From: an uncultured delta proteobacterium
Lineage (GTDB): Bacteria; Desulfobacterota; Binatia; JACPRU01
Direction: 5' to 3'
DNA: 64,000 nucleotides
NCBI GenBank assembly: GCA_963745025.1
Contig: CAVUWD010000011.1
Coordinates: 192,001-256,000, forward strand
The notes beneath the pieces are model-generated. The model saw only the letters and a program-made list of their open reading frames with translations, searched no databases and was not told where the DNA came from. The position numbers and the translations under genes were made by a program. Positions 1 through 10,648 of the stretch are shown in pieces (the first letter of the stretch is position 1; every line of letters begins with the position of its first letter).

Positions 1-1
1 T

Positions 2-1084
2 TTCCTGAACTATGCGGTTCCCCAGCTGCAGTATCTCTCGGCCGACGAAGCCGCATCGGCCCGGCAGGACGCCCTGGCTCGCATTCAGGACGCCATCAGC
101 CGCATCGACGCCGGTGCCCTCGGGGCGTTCGGCGCCTTCACGCTCGTCAGTGTCGGCATCTCGCTCCTGTCGGCGATCGAGCGTGCGTTCAACGACGTTT
201 GGGGTGTAGCGCGCGGGCGCCCGTTCTCGCGGCGCGTGGTCTACTACTGGGCCGGTGTCACGCTCGGTCCGCTGCTTCTCTTCCTTGCCATCGGGATCAC
301 CGGTTCGAATGCGGTCGCCTCCGTGCTGGGTCATCTTCCCGGCGCTCCCATGGTCCGCGCGTTCTGGCGTGTGCTGCCCTTCGTGATCCTCTCGTCGGGT
401 CTGACGCTGCTCTATCGGACGATGCCGAACACCTACGTGCCGGCCAGCGCCGCGATGCGCGGTGGAGTCACCGCTGGAACTCTCGTGCAGCTGAACAACT
501 TGGCGAGTGCCCTCTACTTTTCCCAGGTTCTACACTACAGCAAGGTGTACGGCGGCTTGGGAGCGATTCCGGTGATGATGGTTGGGCTCTACCTCTCGTG
601 GGCGATCGTCCTCTACGGCGCGGAGGTCGCGCATGCGGCGGCGAGCCCCAACGTGGAAACCGTGCCGTTCCCGGAAGGGGACGTTGGCCGATCTCGCGTC
701 GTGCTCGAGGTCGCGCGGGTAGCCGCGGCAGCGTTCCTGAATGGCCACGCGGGGATCTCTCGTGCGGACCTCGCCGCGCAATTGTGCTTTTCCGATGCCT
801 GGGTCGGCACCGCGCTCGGCCTACTCTGCGACGGAGGATTCTTCGTCGCCACCTCGGCTGACGACGGACAGAACGGGCCTCCGCGCTACCTGCCCGCTCG
901 CCCGCCGGGTGAAATCGCGGTGCTGGACCTCCTGAGGGCGGTGCAGCGACCGACGGAAGACGTACCGAGCCTGCCGGAGCCGAGCGCCGGGGTAGCAGAG
1001 TTTTTCGCCAAGCTGACGGACGCGGAGCGCTCGCAAGTCGGGCACCTGAGCTTGGAGACGCTCGCGCGAGGCGAGTCCAAATGA
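2..1084 (+). CDS. YihY/BrkB family membrane protein with C-terminal winged-helix (5' partial)
   Basis: Frame open from the window start: LLSAIERAFNDVWGVARGRPFSRRVVYYW and YSKVYGGLGAIPVMMVGLYLSWAIVLYGAE are YihY motifs; C-terminal Rrf2-like wHTH (RADLAAQL...YLPARPPGEI). Confidence 0.85.
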   Translation, partial: FLNYAVPQLQYLSADEAASARQDALARIQDAISRIDAGALGAFGAFTLVSVGISLLSAIERAFNDVWGVARGRPFSRRVVYYWAGVTLGPLLLFLAIGITGSNAVASVLGHLPGAPMVRAFWRVLPFVILSSGLTLLYRTMPNTYVPASAAMRGGVTAGTLVQLNNLASALYFSQVLHYSKVYGGLGAIPVMMVGLYLSWAIVLYGAEVAHAAASPNVETVPFPEGDVGRSRVVLEVARVAAAAFLNGHAGISRADLAAQLCFSDAWVGTALGLLCDGGFFVATSADDGQNGPPRYLPARPPGEIAVLDLLRAVQRPTEDVPSLPEPSAGVAEFFAKLTDAERSQVGHLSLETLARGESK

Positions 1085-3129
1085 AGGCCTTGTCCGGTCT
1101 GGCGGCGGCCCGGGATCTGTTTCCGCGTACGGCCGAAATCCGCCTCTCGCCGATCAAGGAGATGGAGCTCCGCGCGGCGCAGATTCCCGGCGTGGTTTCT
1201 CTCGCACAGGGAATTCCGAGCTTCGACACTCCACAGCCGATCGGCCGCTACGTGCAGGAGAAGATCGAGAGCGGCGCATGCAGCCGCTACTCGCTGACGC
1301 CGGGCTTGCCGAAGCTCCGCGAGGCGATCGCCGAGGCGCTCGTCCAAGGCGGCATGCGTTACGATCCGCAGAACGAGATCATCGTCTCGTGTGGCTCGAT
1401 CGAGGCCATCTCCGCGACGCTGCTCGCGGCACTCGAGCCGGGCGCCGAAGTCATCGTCCCATCGCCAAGCTATCCCTCGTACGTGGAGGCGATACGCATG
1501 GCAGGAGGAACGCCGCGGTTCGTCCCCCTCGTGGAGGAGCAGAACTTCGCGCTCGATCTCGAGGCGCTCGAGCGCGTGATCACCCGTAGGACCGTGGCGA
1601 TCCTCTTTGCCAATCCGAACAACCCCACGGGAACCGTCTACTCGCGCGCGCAGATCGAGCGTCTCGTGGAGATCGCCGAGCGGCGCGATCTGCTGATCGT
1701 CAGCGACGAAGTCTACAAGGATTTCCTCTACAACGATGCCGAGCTGTTCACCCCCGCTCGCATCGAAGCCGCGCGAGGGCGCGTCGTGCGGGTGTTTTCG
1801 TTCTCGAAAGCGTACGGCATGACCGGCTGGCGCGTCGGATTCCTCCACTCGGACCGGCGAAACGTCGCCGAAATCCTCAAGGTGCACGACGCGCTGGTCA
1901 CCTGTGCGCCCGTGGTTTCGCAATACGCCGCGCTGGCGGCGCTCGAGCTCGGGGAAGAGCCGATCCGGCAGTTCCGTGCCGAGTTCCTCGAGCGGCGCAA
2001 CTTGACGCTCGGTCACCTCGACCGTCTCTCGCACATCTTCGACTATCAGAAGCCGAACGCCTCGTACTTCGTCTTCCCGCGCGTGAAGGACACCGTGGCG
2101 CTGGCGCGGGATTCGCGCCGGCTGGCGCGCGACATCCTCGATCAGGCTCACGTCGCGCTGGTTCCGGGCGTCGCCTTCGGTCCGACCGGCGAGGCGCACC
2201 TCAGGATCTCCTACAGCCGCCGTCGCGAAGAGATCGAAGAGGCGTTCGCGCGGCTCGCGGACTATTTTCACGGCGCCCGGCAGAGCCGGCGAGCTCCCGT
2301 CTCCGTGGATGCCGAGCGTCTGCCGCTCGCACCGTCCATGTCGGGTACCACGGCGGGCCCACCCCTCTGGAAGCGCTCGACGGTCTTTCCCCGCGCGCGA
2401 CGCGCTGCAATCGCCTATCTCAACTGGCTCGCGCGCCTCTACCTCGCCCGGGTGCGACCACGTCGCGTCGCGATCGCCGGCCTCTCGGGTAAGACCGTCA
2501 TGAAACGGTGGCTGCGCGAGATGCTCGAACCGCGGTTTCGCGTGCGGGCAAATCCTCGCTCGTACAATACCGAGCTCGGTCTACCGCTCGCGATTCTCGA
2601 TACGGCGATCGACTCGTCGACGCTGTCCGGTATCTTCGCGGCGATCGGTAGAGCGAGCCTGCGCGGCTTCTTCGCGTCCGCGCCGCTCGACGTTCTGATT
2701 CTCGAGATGGGCATCCGCCGGCAGGGAGATGCACAAACGCTTCTCGACGCCGTTCAGCCCGACGTGCTGGTGCTGACGCCGCTCGCTCCGAGCTTTTCGA
2801 ACGATCTGTCCTTCCTGGAAACGGTCGAGCGCGAGATTGCCTCGCTCGCCCGAAACGTCGCCGGTCATGGCGGACAGATCGTCGCGTGCGGCGATGACCC
2901 GCGGCTCCTCGCGGCGGTCACGGGACTCTCCGGCCTGCGAATCTTCGGGCGCGACCAAGCGAAGCGGAACGGCCACGCGCTGCAGATCGACGTCGGCGGC
3001 GAGCGCTTCGTCGTCGGCCTCGACGTGATCGGCGAGAGCTCGCTCTACGCGGTGCTGGCCGGCATCGAGGTCGCCCGGCTACTCGGCGTGGGCGACGCGG
3101 AGATCCGAAGGTTCCTAGCCGGTCGCTGA
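1081..3129 (+). CDS. Class I/II PLP aminotransferase fused to a Mur-ligase (MurF-like) central ATP-binding domain
   Basis: NPNNPTG, SDEVY and SFSKAYGMTGWRVG (PLP Lys); C-terminal part has IAGLSGKT, SYNTELGLPLAIL and LILEMG; ATGA overlap with the upstream gene. Confidence 0.85.
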   Translation: MKALSGLAAARDLFPRTAEIRLSPIKEMELRAAQIPGVVSLAQGIPSFDTPQPIGRYVQEKIESGACSRYSLTPGLPKLREAIAEALVQGGMRYDPQNEIIVSCGSIEAISATLLAALEPGAEVIVPSPSYPSYVEAIRMAGGTPRFVPLVEEQNFALDLEALERVITRRTVAILFANPNNPTGTVYSRAQIERLVEIAERRDLLIVSDEVYKDFLYNDAELFTPARIEAARGRVVRVFSFSKAYGMTGWRVGFLHSDRRNVAEILKVHDALVTCAPVVSQYAALAALELGEEPIRQFRAEFLERRNLTLGHLDRLSHIFDYQKPNASYFVFPRVKDTVALARDSRRLARDILDQAHVALVPGVAFGPTGEAHLRISYSRRREEIEEAFARLADYFHGARQSRRAPVSVDAERLPLAPSMSGTTAGPPLWKRSTVFPRARRAAIAYLNWLARLYLARVRPRRVAIAGLSGKTVMKRWLREMLEPRFRVRANPRSYNTELGLPLAILDTAIDSSTLSGIFAAIGRASLRGFFASAPLDVLILEMGIRRQGDAQTLLDAVQPDVLVLTPLAPSFSNDLSFLETVEREIASLARNVAGHGGQIVACGDDPRLLAAVTGLSGLRIFGRDQAKRNGHALQIDVGGERFVVGLDVIGESSLYAVLAGIEVARLLGVGDAEIRRFLAGR

Positions 3130-3130
3130 A

Positions 3131-3194
3131 GGCTACCGACTTCCGGCTACCGGCAAAGAAGCCGTGGCTGCGGTGGCCGGTGGCCGGTGGCCGG
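3131..3194. repeat. Heptamer-arm palindromic intergenic repeat, copy A
   Basis: GGCTACC GACTTCC GGCTACC GGCAAAG...(GGTGGCC)x3; lies between convergent genes. Confidence 0.8.
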
Positions 3195-3195
3195 A

Positions 3196-3969
3196 TCACC
3201 GCCCCTGAAACCGCGGCGGCCGCTTCTCGCGCATCGCCGCGACCCCCTCGGCCACGTCGTCGCTCTTCGCGATCCGAGCGACCTCCGCCTCGTAGTCTTC
3301 GTGGTCGATCGTGCGGCGAAACTCGTTGGCGCGGAAGATCACCTTCTTGAAGGCGCGGAGAGAAAGCGGCGCATTGGCCGCGATCGTCGCCGCGAGCTCG
3401 TACGCCGTCTTTTCGAGCTCCGCCAGCGGCACGAGTCGATTCACCATGTGGAGCGCCAGGGCACGCTCGGCGCGGAAGAAGTCTCCGGTGAAGAGCAGCT
3501 CCTTGGTCTGTGCGGTGCCGATCGTGTCGAGGAGCTTCTGGATCAGCGGGAACGGGATCACGATGCCGAGCCGCGCGAGCGGCATCGCGAACTTCACGTC
3601 TTCGGCGGCGATTCGCAGGTCGCAGTGGAGCGCGAGCTCGCAGCCGCCAGCGATCGCTTCACCCTGGACCATCGCCAGCGTTGGCTGCGGCACGCGCTCG
3701 AGCACGTGGAAAACGTCTTCGATCTCGGTGAGCCCGACCGAGCCGCGCGACGCGCGCGCCGCCGCCAGCTCCGCCAGGTCGAGTCCCGCGCAGAAAGACT
3801 TCCCCTCGCCTCGTAGGACCACGACGCGTGTCTCGCGGTCGCCGTCGAGTGACGCGAAGACCTCGAGGAGCCGCGAGAGCATCGTCGAGGACATGGCGTT
3901 GCGCTTCTCGGGACGGTTCATCGCGACGGTCAGAATCCCGTCGCGACGACTGAGCTCGACTTCGGCCAC
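3196..3969 (-). CDS. Enoyl-CoA hydratase/isomerase family protein
   Basis: NRPEKRNAM, FCAGLDL, AIAGGCELALHCDLRIA. Confidence 0.92.
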   Translation of the reverse strand: MAEVELSRRDGILTVAMNRPEKRNAMSSTMLSRLLEVFASLDGDRETRVVVLRGEGKSFCAGLDLAELAAARASRGSVGLTEIEDVFHVLERVPQPTLAMVQGEAIAGGCELALHCDLRIAAEDVKFAMPLARLGIVIPFPLIQKLLDTIGTAQTKELLFTGDFFRAERALALHMVNRLVPLAELEKTAYELAATIAANAPLSLRAFKKVIFRANEFRRTIDHEDYEAEVARIAKSDDVAEGVAAMREKRPPRFQGR

Positions 3970-3989
3970 GGGGTCCTCCTTGGAATTCC

Positions 3990-4061
3990 GGCTTCAGACT
4001 TCGGGATTCGGCAAAGCCTCTGGCGTCTTTGGCTGAGACCCGAAACCAGAAGCCCGAAGCC
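3990..4061. repeat. Heptamer-arm palindromic repeat, copy B
   Basis: GGCTTCA GACTTCG GGATTCG GCAAAG...TCTTTGGC TGAGACC CGAAACC AGAAGCC CGAAGCC. Confidence 0.7.
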
Positions 4062-4066
4062 TGCTC

Positions 4067-4903
4067 TCAACCGATCAGCTTCGCGTAGTTGTCGAGGATC
4101 GGCATCACCTGGTCACGCGGCGCGGGCGGTAAGGGGAAGATCGCACGCTCGACGCCGATCGCCTCGTAGCCGTCGATCGCCTGGCGATCCGCGCGCGCCC
4201 AGAATACCGACACGGAGATGGATCGGGGATCTCGCCCCGCCTTCTCGGCGAGGCGGCGAAGATCCGCGATCCCCGCCTTGAGGTCATCGGCACGGAGCGA
4301 GATCGGCATCCAGCCGTCGCAGTAGCGCACGACGCGTTCGAGCGCTTTCGGGCCGTGGCCGCCGAGCAGCACGGGCGGATGCGGCTTCTGCACGGGCTTC
4401 GGGAACGAGAACACCGGATCGAAGCTCACGAACTTGCCGTGGTACTGTGCTTGCTCGTTCTGCCAGATCGCCTTCATCGCTTCGACGCGCTCGCGCAGCA
4501 GCTGCCAGCGGCTCTTGAACTCCGTGCCGTGGTTCGCCATCTCCTCGACGTTCCAACCGGCGCCGATGCCAAGGATCGCCCGGCCGTTCGACAGGTAGTC
4601 GAGGCTCGCGACCTCCTTGGCGAGCACGATCGGGTCGCGCTCGATGACGAGGCAGATGCCGGTCGCGAGCTTGATCTTCTTCGTCACTCCCGCCGCCAGG
4701 CCTAAGGCGACGAAGGGATCGTGGGTGCGGTAGTACTCGCGCGGCAGATCACCGCCCGCCGGATGCGGCGTCTTGCGCGAGCACGGGATGTGGGTGTGCT
4801 CCGGGAAGAAGAGCGACTCGAAGCCGCGCTCCTCGGCGGCACGAGCGAGGTCGTCAGGGCGGATCGCGTCGTCGGTCGGGAACATGCTGAGCGCGTATTT
4901 CAT
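4067..4903 (-). CDS. LLM class (probably F420-dependent) oxidoreductase, Rv2161c-like
   Basis: AEERGFESLFFPEHTHIP, DPFVAL, GAGWNVEEM, PKPVQKPHPP. Confidence 0.9.
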   Translation of the reverse strand: MKYALSMFPTDDAIRPDDLARAAEERGFESLFFPEHTHIPCSRKTPHPAGGDLPREYYRTHDPFVALGLAAGVTKKIKLATGICLVIERDPIVLAKEVASLDYLSNGRAILGIGAGWNVEEMANHGTEFKSRWQLLRERVEAMKAIWQNEQAQYHGKFVSFDPVFSFPKPVQKPHPPVLLGGHGPKALERVVRYCDGWMPISLRADDLKAGIADLRRLAEKAGRDPRSISVSVFWARADRQAIDGYEAIGVERAIFPLPPAPRDQVMPILDNYAKLIG

Positions 4904-4975
4904 TATGGACCTTCTTTCTTTCTTGAATCCTTCTCCCGCTGAGGAGAAGGCCTGTATGAGCGGGAGAGCTCCCTC

Positions 4976-6652
4976 TTATCGCGAGAGCTTCCTATATCGA
5001 ATCCGGTGCGGTTGGTCAGCCTCGGCGCCGAGGCGCTTTCTTCGGTCCGACTCGTAGTCCTGATAGTTGCCCTCGAACCACACCACGCGACTGTCGCCCT
5101 CGAAGGCGAGCATGTGCGTGGCGACGCGGTCGAGGAACCAGCGGTCGTGGCTGATCACCACCGCGCAGCCCGCGAACTCGACGAGCGCATCTTCGAGCGC
5201 GCGCAGCGTGTCGACGTCGAGATCGTTGGTCGGCTCGTCGAGAAGCAAGAGGTTCCCCCCGCGGCGGAGCAGCTTCGCGAGGTGCAGGCGGTTTCTCTCC
5301 CCACCCGAGAGCTCGTCGACCTTCTTCTGCTGGTCGCTGCCCTTGAAATTGAACGACGCGACGTAGGCGCGCGACGGCACTTCGCGCCTCCCCACCATGA
5401 GCCGGTCCGCGCCGCCGCTGATCTCTTCCCAGACGCTCTTCTTGGCGTCGAGCGCATCGCGGCTCTGGTCGACGTACGCGAGCTCGACCGTGTCGCCGAG
5501 CCGGAGGCTTCCGGCATCGGGCTTCTCCTCGCCGGTGATCATGCGGAAGAGCGTCGTCTTGCCGGCTCCGTTCGGTCCGATCACACCGACGATCCCGCCC
5601 GGCGGCAGCGCAAACGAGAGATCGTCGATCAGCAGCCGGTCGCCATAGCCCTTGCGCAGGCTCTTGGCCTCGACCACGACATTGCCGAGGCGCGGGCCGG
5701 GGGGGATCGAGATCTCGAGCTCATCCGTGCGTCGCTCGGCGGTCTCCGCGAACATCGACTCGTAAGCCTTCAAGCGGGCTTTGCTCTTCGCCTGTCGCGC
5801 GCGCGGCGCCATGCGCACCCACTCGAGCTCGCGGGCGAGCGTGCGGCTCCGGGCCGACTCGTGCTTCTCCTCGTTGGCGAGGCGCTGCTTCTTCTGATCG
5901 AGCCACGACGAGTAATTGCCCTTCCAAGGAATGCCCGCACCACGATCGAGCTCGAGGATCCAGCCGGCGACGTTGTCGAGGAAGTAGCGGTCGTGGGTGA
6001 TCGCTACGACCGTGCCCGAATACTCCTGGAGGTGGCGCTCGAGCCAGGCGACGGACTCGGCGTCGAGGTGATTGGTCGGCTCGTCGAGGAGCAGCAGATC
6101 TGGCTTCTGAAGAAGCAGCCGGCAGAGCGCGACGCGCCGCCGCTCTCCACCCGAGAGCTTCGCGACGTCCGCGTCGGACGGCGGCAGACGTAGCGCGTCC
6201 ATGGCGATCTCCAGCGAATGATCGAGCTCCCACGCGTTGGTGGCATCGATCCGATCCTGGAGCTCGGCCTGCTCGTCGAGAAGCGTGGTCATCTCTTCGT
6301 CGGGCATGGGCTCGGCCATTTTCACGCTGATTTCGTCGAAGCGCTGAAGCAGCGCGCGGACCTCCGCGACTCCCTCTTCGACGTTTCCGCGCACGTCCTT
6401 GCGTGGATCGAGCGCCGGCTCCTGCGGCAGGTAGCCGACGCGGATGCCTTCCGCCGGCCACGCTTCGCCGAGAAACTCCTTGTCGAGCCCCGCCATGATA
6501 CGGAGCAACGTCGACTTCCCCGCGCCATTGGAGCCGAGCACGCCGATCTTCGCTCCCGGCAAGAACGAAAGCCAAATTCCTTTGAGCACCTCGCGGTTCG
6601 GAGGATAGACCCTGCGCAGGTCTTTCATGGTGAAGATGAACTGTTGGGCCAA
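4976..6652 (-). CDS. ettA: ABC-F energy-dependent translational throttle protein EttA
   Basis: Two ABC domains ([17 protein letters not shown]; [16 protein letters not shown]), [19 protein letters not shown] linker, C-terminal PHRIRYRKL; TTG start at 6652 gives 558 aa. Confidence 0.95.
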   Translation of the reverse strand: MAQQFIFTMKDLRRVYPPNREVLKGIWLSFLPGAKIGVLGSNGAGKSTLLRIMAGLDKEFLGEAWPAEGIRVGYLPQEPALDPRKDVRGNVEEGVAEVRALLQRFDEISVKMAEPMPDEEMTTLLDEQAELQDRIDATNAWELDHSLEIAMDALRLPPSDADVAKLSGGERRRVALCRLLLQKPDLLLLDEPTNHLDAESVAWLERHLQEYSGTVVAITHDRYFLDNVAGWILELDRGAGIPWKGNYSSWLDQKKQRLANEEKHESARSRTLARELEWVRMAPRARQAKSKARLKAYESMFAETAERRTDELEISIPPGPRLGNVVVEAKSLRKGYGDRLLIDDLSFALPPGGIVGVIGPNGAGKTTLFRMITGEEKPDAGSLRLGDTVELAYVDQSRDALDAKKSVWEEISGGADRLMVGRREVPSRAYVASFNFKGSDQQKKVDELSGGERNRLHLAKLLRRGGNLLLLDEPTNDLDVDTLRALEDALVEFAGCAVVISHDRWFLDRVATHMLAFEGDSRVVWFEGNYQDYESDRRKRLGAEADQPHRIRYRKLSR

Positions 6653-6667
6653 AGTAAAATCCTCTCC

Positions 6668-6721
6668 GGCTACCGGCAAAGACTTCGCGGCATCTCTTGC
6701 GGTAGTCGGTAGCCGGCGGCC
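6668..6721. repeat. Heptamer-arm palindromic repeat, copy C
   Basis: GGCTACC GGCAAAGAC...TCTTGC GGTAGTC GGTAGCC GGCGGCC. Confidence 0.8.
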
Positions 6722-6722
6722 G

Positions 6723-7580
6723 TCATTTGAATTCCCGCGGCTCCCACCACGGGTAGAATTCCGGCATCTCGCTCGGCTTCATCTTGAACTTCGCGGGCCG
6801 TTTCTCAAGGAATGCCGTCACGCCCTCGTACGCGTCCGCCGAGCGACCCATCCAATAGACCGCCTTCGAGTCGATTTGGTGCGCTTCCATCGGATGGTCC
6901 GCGCCGAGCATCTTCCAGAGCATCTGGCGCGTCAGGGCGACGGACATCGCCGAGGTGTTGTCGGCGATCTCGCGGGCCAACGCGCGGGCCGTCGGTAGGA
7001 GATCTTCCGGGGCGACGACTCGACTCACCAGGCCGCCCGCCAGGGCTTCTTCGGCAGGAAACACGCGCCCCGTGTACACCCACTCGGCAGCGCGGCTCAC
7101 GCCGACCACGCGCGGCAAGAACCAACTGCTCGCCGCCTCGGGAACGATCCCTCGCCGTACGAAGACGAAGCCCATGCGTGCCGTGCTCGATGCGATGCGC
7201 ACGTCCATCGGCAGGGTCATGGTTACGCCGACGCCGACGGCGGGTCCGTTGATCGCGGCGATCACCGGCTTCTTCGAATCGTAGATCCGGAGCGTCAACA
7301 ACCCGCCACCGTCACGATGCTCGGCGATCGACCCTGCACGTCCCCCCGCCGGCGAGTCGAACGTGTCGGCACCACTGCCGAGGTCCGCGCCGGCGCAGAA
7401 GGCACGGCCGGCTCCGGTGACGATCACGACCCGGACCAAATCGTCCGCATCCGAGCGATCGAAGGCATCGAGCAGCTCCCGGCACATTCGCGCGGTGAAC
7501 GCGTTCAGTCGCTCGGGGCGGGCGAGCGTGATGGTGAGGATCGAGTCCTCGACGGCATAGAGAATCTGTTCGTATCGCAT
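6723..7580 (-). CDS. Crotonase/enoyl-CoA hydratase family protein
   Basis: [47 protein letters not shown]. Confidence 0.92.
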   Translation of the reverse strand: MRYEQILYAVEDSILTITLARPERLNAFTARMCRELLDAFDRSDADDLVRVVIVTGAGRAFCAGADLGSGADTFDSPAGGRAGSIAEHRDGGGLLTLRIYDSKKPVIAAINGPAVGVGVTMTLPMDVRIASSTARMGFVFVRRGIVPEAASSWFLPRVVGVSRAAEWVYTGRVFPAEEALAGGLVSRVVAPEDLLPTARALAREIADNTSAMSVALTRQMLWKMLGADHPMEAHQIDSKAVYWMGRSADAYEGVTAFLEKRPAKFKMKPSEMPEFYPWWEPREFK

Positions 7581-7589
7581 GGCCGACCT

Positions 7590-7666
7590 CGGGTATCTGC
7601 TTCAGGCTTCGGCAAGAGACACTTCGGGTATCCTTTCCCGAAGCCCGACGCCAGATACCCGAATCG
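7590..7666. repeat. Heptamer-arm palindromic repeat, copy D (divergent)
   Basis: GGGTATCT GCTTCA GGCTTCG GCAAGAG...TTTCC CGAAGCC CGACGCC AGATACC. Confidence 0.65.
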
Positions 7667-7708
7667 TCTCCCACTTGTACCGGCCGAAGGGCGGGTCGAC
7701 ACGCCAGC

Positions 7709-8455
7709 CTACCGAGCTCGCGGGTTCTCGAGCCCCGAGCGCCACAAGGCGGCGCCGCCTTTCATGCCGCAATCGTTCTCGACCAGGCGTACGTCGGCGG
7801 GCAGCTCGAACTGGATGTGGCGGCCGTTGCCCCCGCCAATGTACAGGGCATCGAAGTTGGTGAGCGTGCGCAGCGTTTCGATGGCGCGCTCGACCCGCCG
7901 ATTCCACCTCTTCTTGCCGATCTGCTTGAGGGCCGCATTGCCGAGCTGCTGATCATAGGTCTCCCCTTTCCGGAACGGGTGCTGGGAGATCTCGAGGTGA
8001 GGCCCGAGCCACCCATCGACGAGGATCGCCGACCCGAGCCCGGTGCCGAGCGTGATCATCACCTCGACCCCCTTGCCGCGTGCCGCTCCGAGTCCCTGCA
8101 TGTCGGCGTCGTTCTTCACGCGTACGGGCCTCTTCCAGAGCCTGCCGAGCGCGGCGGCGAGGTCGAAGCCCTTCCAGTCCGCGGTGCCGAGGTTCGGCGC
8201 GGTCAAGACCTTGCCATGGCGCACGACGCCGGGAAACCCGACCGAGACGCCGGTCACCGAGGAATCGAGGGCCAGCGGCCGCACGAGGGCGGCGAGTGCG
8301 CGGACCAGCACGCGCGGAGGAGACGGATGCGGCGTCTTCACGCGCAGGCGATCGGTGAGCATGCGCCCGCGCCGGTCGATGAGCGCAGCCTTCAACCCCG
8401 TACCACCGATGTCGATGGCCAGGATTCTGTCGATCGACTTGCCGCTCGTGCCCAT
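7709..8455 (-). CDS. ROK family kinase, polyphosphate glucokinase-like
   Basis: IDIGGTGLK, VGFPGVV, NDAD, TLGTGLGSA, PHLEISQH, YIGGGN. Confidence 0.85.
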   Translation of the reverse strand: MGTSGKSIDRILAIDIGGTGLKAALIDRRGRMLTDRLRVKTPHPSPPRVLVRALAALVRPLALDSSVTGVSVGFPGVVRHGKVLTAPNLGTADWKGFDLAAALGRLWKRPVRVKNDADMQGLGAARGKGVEVMITLGTGLGSAILVDGWLGPHLEISQHPFRKGETYDQQLGNAALKQIGKKRWNRRVERAIETLRTLTNFDALYIGGGNGRHIQFELPADVRLVENDCGMKGGAALWRSGLENPRAR

Positions 8456-8560
8456 TTCTCCTTCCCCTCTCTGCTCAGCCTATCGTACGTAGGAGATCAT
8501 GCTCTCCGCGGCATCGGCGCGGTGGCGGGGATCGCCTCCACGGGTCCAAGTATTTTCGCT

Positions 8561-9286
8561 TCAAGGCTCGTAGCTCAGCCGCGGATACCAATCCTCGCCC
8601 CGGCCCTCCGGGGTGAGATCGAAGAGGTTCCAGAGCGGCCAGATCGAGTCGACGTGCCGCGGATTCTGTCCGGGCTCGGTCTTCGCGAAGAAGAGCTCCG
8701 TCGCATAGAAGTGACGCACCTCGCCGTCGCGCTTGACGAAGACGTTGAGGATCGGATTCTGCGAGCCGTCGGCCGCGTCGGCATGGTAGTCGCGGTTGTA
8801 CGTGTTCCCGGCAGATGAGAGGAGGCGCAGGTTCCGCCATCCTCGCGCGCGGGCGTGGGCGCGGATGCGCTCGAGCGGAGATTTTGCCACGACCACGAGA
8901 TTCACGCGCTGGCTCGCGTGCGGTGTTGTCCCGTTCAGGCTGTCGAGCATCGCCGTGCACATCGGGCAGGGCTTCTCCATCGCCGGGCCGTACATGAAGC
9001 TGTAGGCGACGAGAGTGTCCTTTCCCCGCTCGAAGAGGTCGGAGAGCTGCACCCTGCGCACGGTTCCAACGTCATCGAGCTCGGCCGCACCTTCTTCGAA
9101 GACGTAGTCCTCGGCGGCGGGACCCCCGAGTGGGAGAGCCCGGCGCCGAGCCGCGACCTCCTCGATATGGCGGCGAAGCGCCACCTCCTCCCGAAGCAGT
9201 CGGTCACGCGCCTCGCGGTATTCGCCGCTCTCGCCGGGGAAGCGCATCGAGTGCAGCGTGGACGAGTCCTCTCGATCGGTGCTCAT
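8561..9286 (-). CDS. DUF899 family thioredoxin-like protein
   Basis: RRRALPLGG, YSFMYGP, CPMC, WNLFDLTPEGRG; GAGGAGG RBS before ATG 9286. Confidence 0.88.
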   Translation of the reverse strand: MSTDREDSSTLHSMRFPGESGEYREARDRLLREEVALRRHIEEVAARRRALPLGGPAAEDYVFEEGAAELDDVGTVRRVQLSDLFERGKDTLVAYSFMYGPAMEKPCPMCTAMLDSLNGTTPHASQRVNLVVVAKSPLERIRAHARARGWRNLRLLSSAGNTYNRDYHADAADGSQNPILNVFVKRDGEVRHFYATELFFAKTEPGQNPRHVDSIWPLWNLFDLTPEGRGEDWYPRLSYEP

Positions 9287-9343
9287 TCGAAACCTCCTCG
9301 ATCTCCTACCCGCGTCCCTCACCAGCCTCCATCGGGAAAGTGC

Positions 9344-10648
9344 TCAGCGCTTCAGCCCGACGACGTTGAACGCCGGAACCGGTTTCGCCAGGCCCTTCAG
9401 CACCAGGGGCCCGACCGGCTCGGTCTCGATCAGGTCCTCCGCGTCGCTCGCCACGCGCCGCGTGACGAGAATCTGCGAAGGCTTGGCCTCGCCGCACAGG
9501 CGCGCTGCCAGGTTGGTGACGGTGCCGATCGCGCCGTAATCCCAGCGGCCTTCGAAGCCGATGGCGCCGATCGTCGCATAACCCTGCGCGATGCCGATGC
9601 CGAGATCGAGCTCGTGGCCGCGCCTGCGCCATCTCTCGCAGAGCGGCGTCACGCGCTCGCGCATCGCCAGCGCCATTCGCACGGCCCGCTTCGCGGGATC
9701 GGCGACCGGTGTCGGGTCGTTGAAGAAGATCATCATGCCGTCGCCTGTGAAGCGCTCGAGCGTGCCCTCGTGCTCGAGAATCAGCCGGCCCATCTCCGCG
9801 TGGTACTCGCGGAGCACGCTCATCACCTCTTCGGGCTCCGCGGTCTCCGCGAAGGCGGTGAAACCGCGCAGATCGAGGAACACCACCGTGACGTCGCGGC
9901 GGTGAGTCTTCAGCGGATCGTCGGCGCCACCGGTGACGATCAGCTCGGCAAGCTGCGGAGAGAAGAAGCGCTTCAGGCGGCCGAGCTTCTCCACCATCTG
10001 ATACGTGCGCGCGTTGTCGATCGCCGTCGCCGCCTGATTCGCCACGATCGTGAGAAGGATCTCGTCGAGCTCGTCGAAGGCGTTCGCTTTCGGACTCTCG
10101 ACGGCGAGCACGCCGACCAGCCGATCCTTGACGAGCAACGGAAGGGCGAGCTGGCTCTGCCCCTTGGCAAGACCGGGAAGAGCCGGCGCGTCACCGCCGG
10201 GCGCGATGTCCCCCGCCGCCTCCATACGCGCCCGGATGCTCCCGAGGTAGGCGACGGTGGCCCCGATGTTGCCGATGCGCATCATGCGTTTGCGGTCGGC
10301 GACGACGCCGAGGACGCCGTGACCGAGCGCAACCTCGGCTCCGACGCCGCTCGGGTCGTAGCCGCGGCTGGCGAAGACGCGGAGCTTCGACTCGGCGAGA
10401 TCCTTGAGCAGCACCATCGAATACTGGAAGCCGAGCACTCGCTCCATGGCGCGCAAGACGATCGCAAGGACCTCGTCGAGATCGAGCGTGGAGGTGATCT
10501 CCGAGGAGATCTGCTGGATGATCCGAACCTCGTTAAACTTCTTCGCGAGGTCGCGGTTCAGCCGGTCGATCGTCTGCTGATTTTGAGCAATCTGCTCCCG
10601 GAGCCCGGGGAGAGCTCCTTCGTCAGGGGTGGGGTCGTTCGGCGGCAT
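9344..10648 (-). CDS. Coiled coil-GAF-class III adenylate/guanylate cyclase
   Basis: GAF (LPLLVKDRLVGVLAVES...F...D...L..VANQAA) plus FLDLRGFT, ERFTGDG, GTVTNLAARL. Confidence 0.92.
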   Translation of the reverse strand: MPPNDPTPDEGALPGLREQIAQNQQTIDRLNRDLAKKFNEVRIIQQISSEITSTLDLDEVLAIVLRAMERVLGFQYSMVLLKDLAESKLRVFASRGYDPSGVGAEVALGHGVLGVVADRKRMMRIGNIGATVAYLGSIRARMEAAGDIAPGGDAPALPGLAKGQSQLALPLLVKDRLVGVLAVESPKANAFDELDEILLTIVANQAATAIDNARTYQMVEKLGRLKRFFSPQLAELIVTGGADDPLKTHRRDVTVVFLDLRGFTAFAETAEPEEVMSVLREYHAEMGRLILEHEGTLERFTGDGMMIFFNDPTPVADPAKRAVRMALAMRERVTPLCERWRRRGHELDLGIGIAQGYATIGAIGFEGRWDYGAIGTVTNLAARLCGEAKPSQILVTRRVASDAEDLIETEPVGPLVLKGLAKPVPAFNVVGLKR

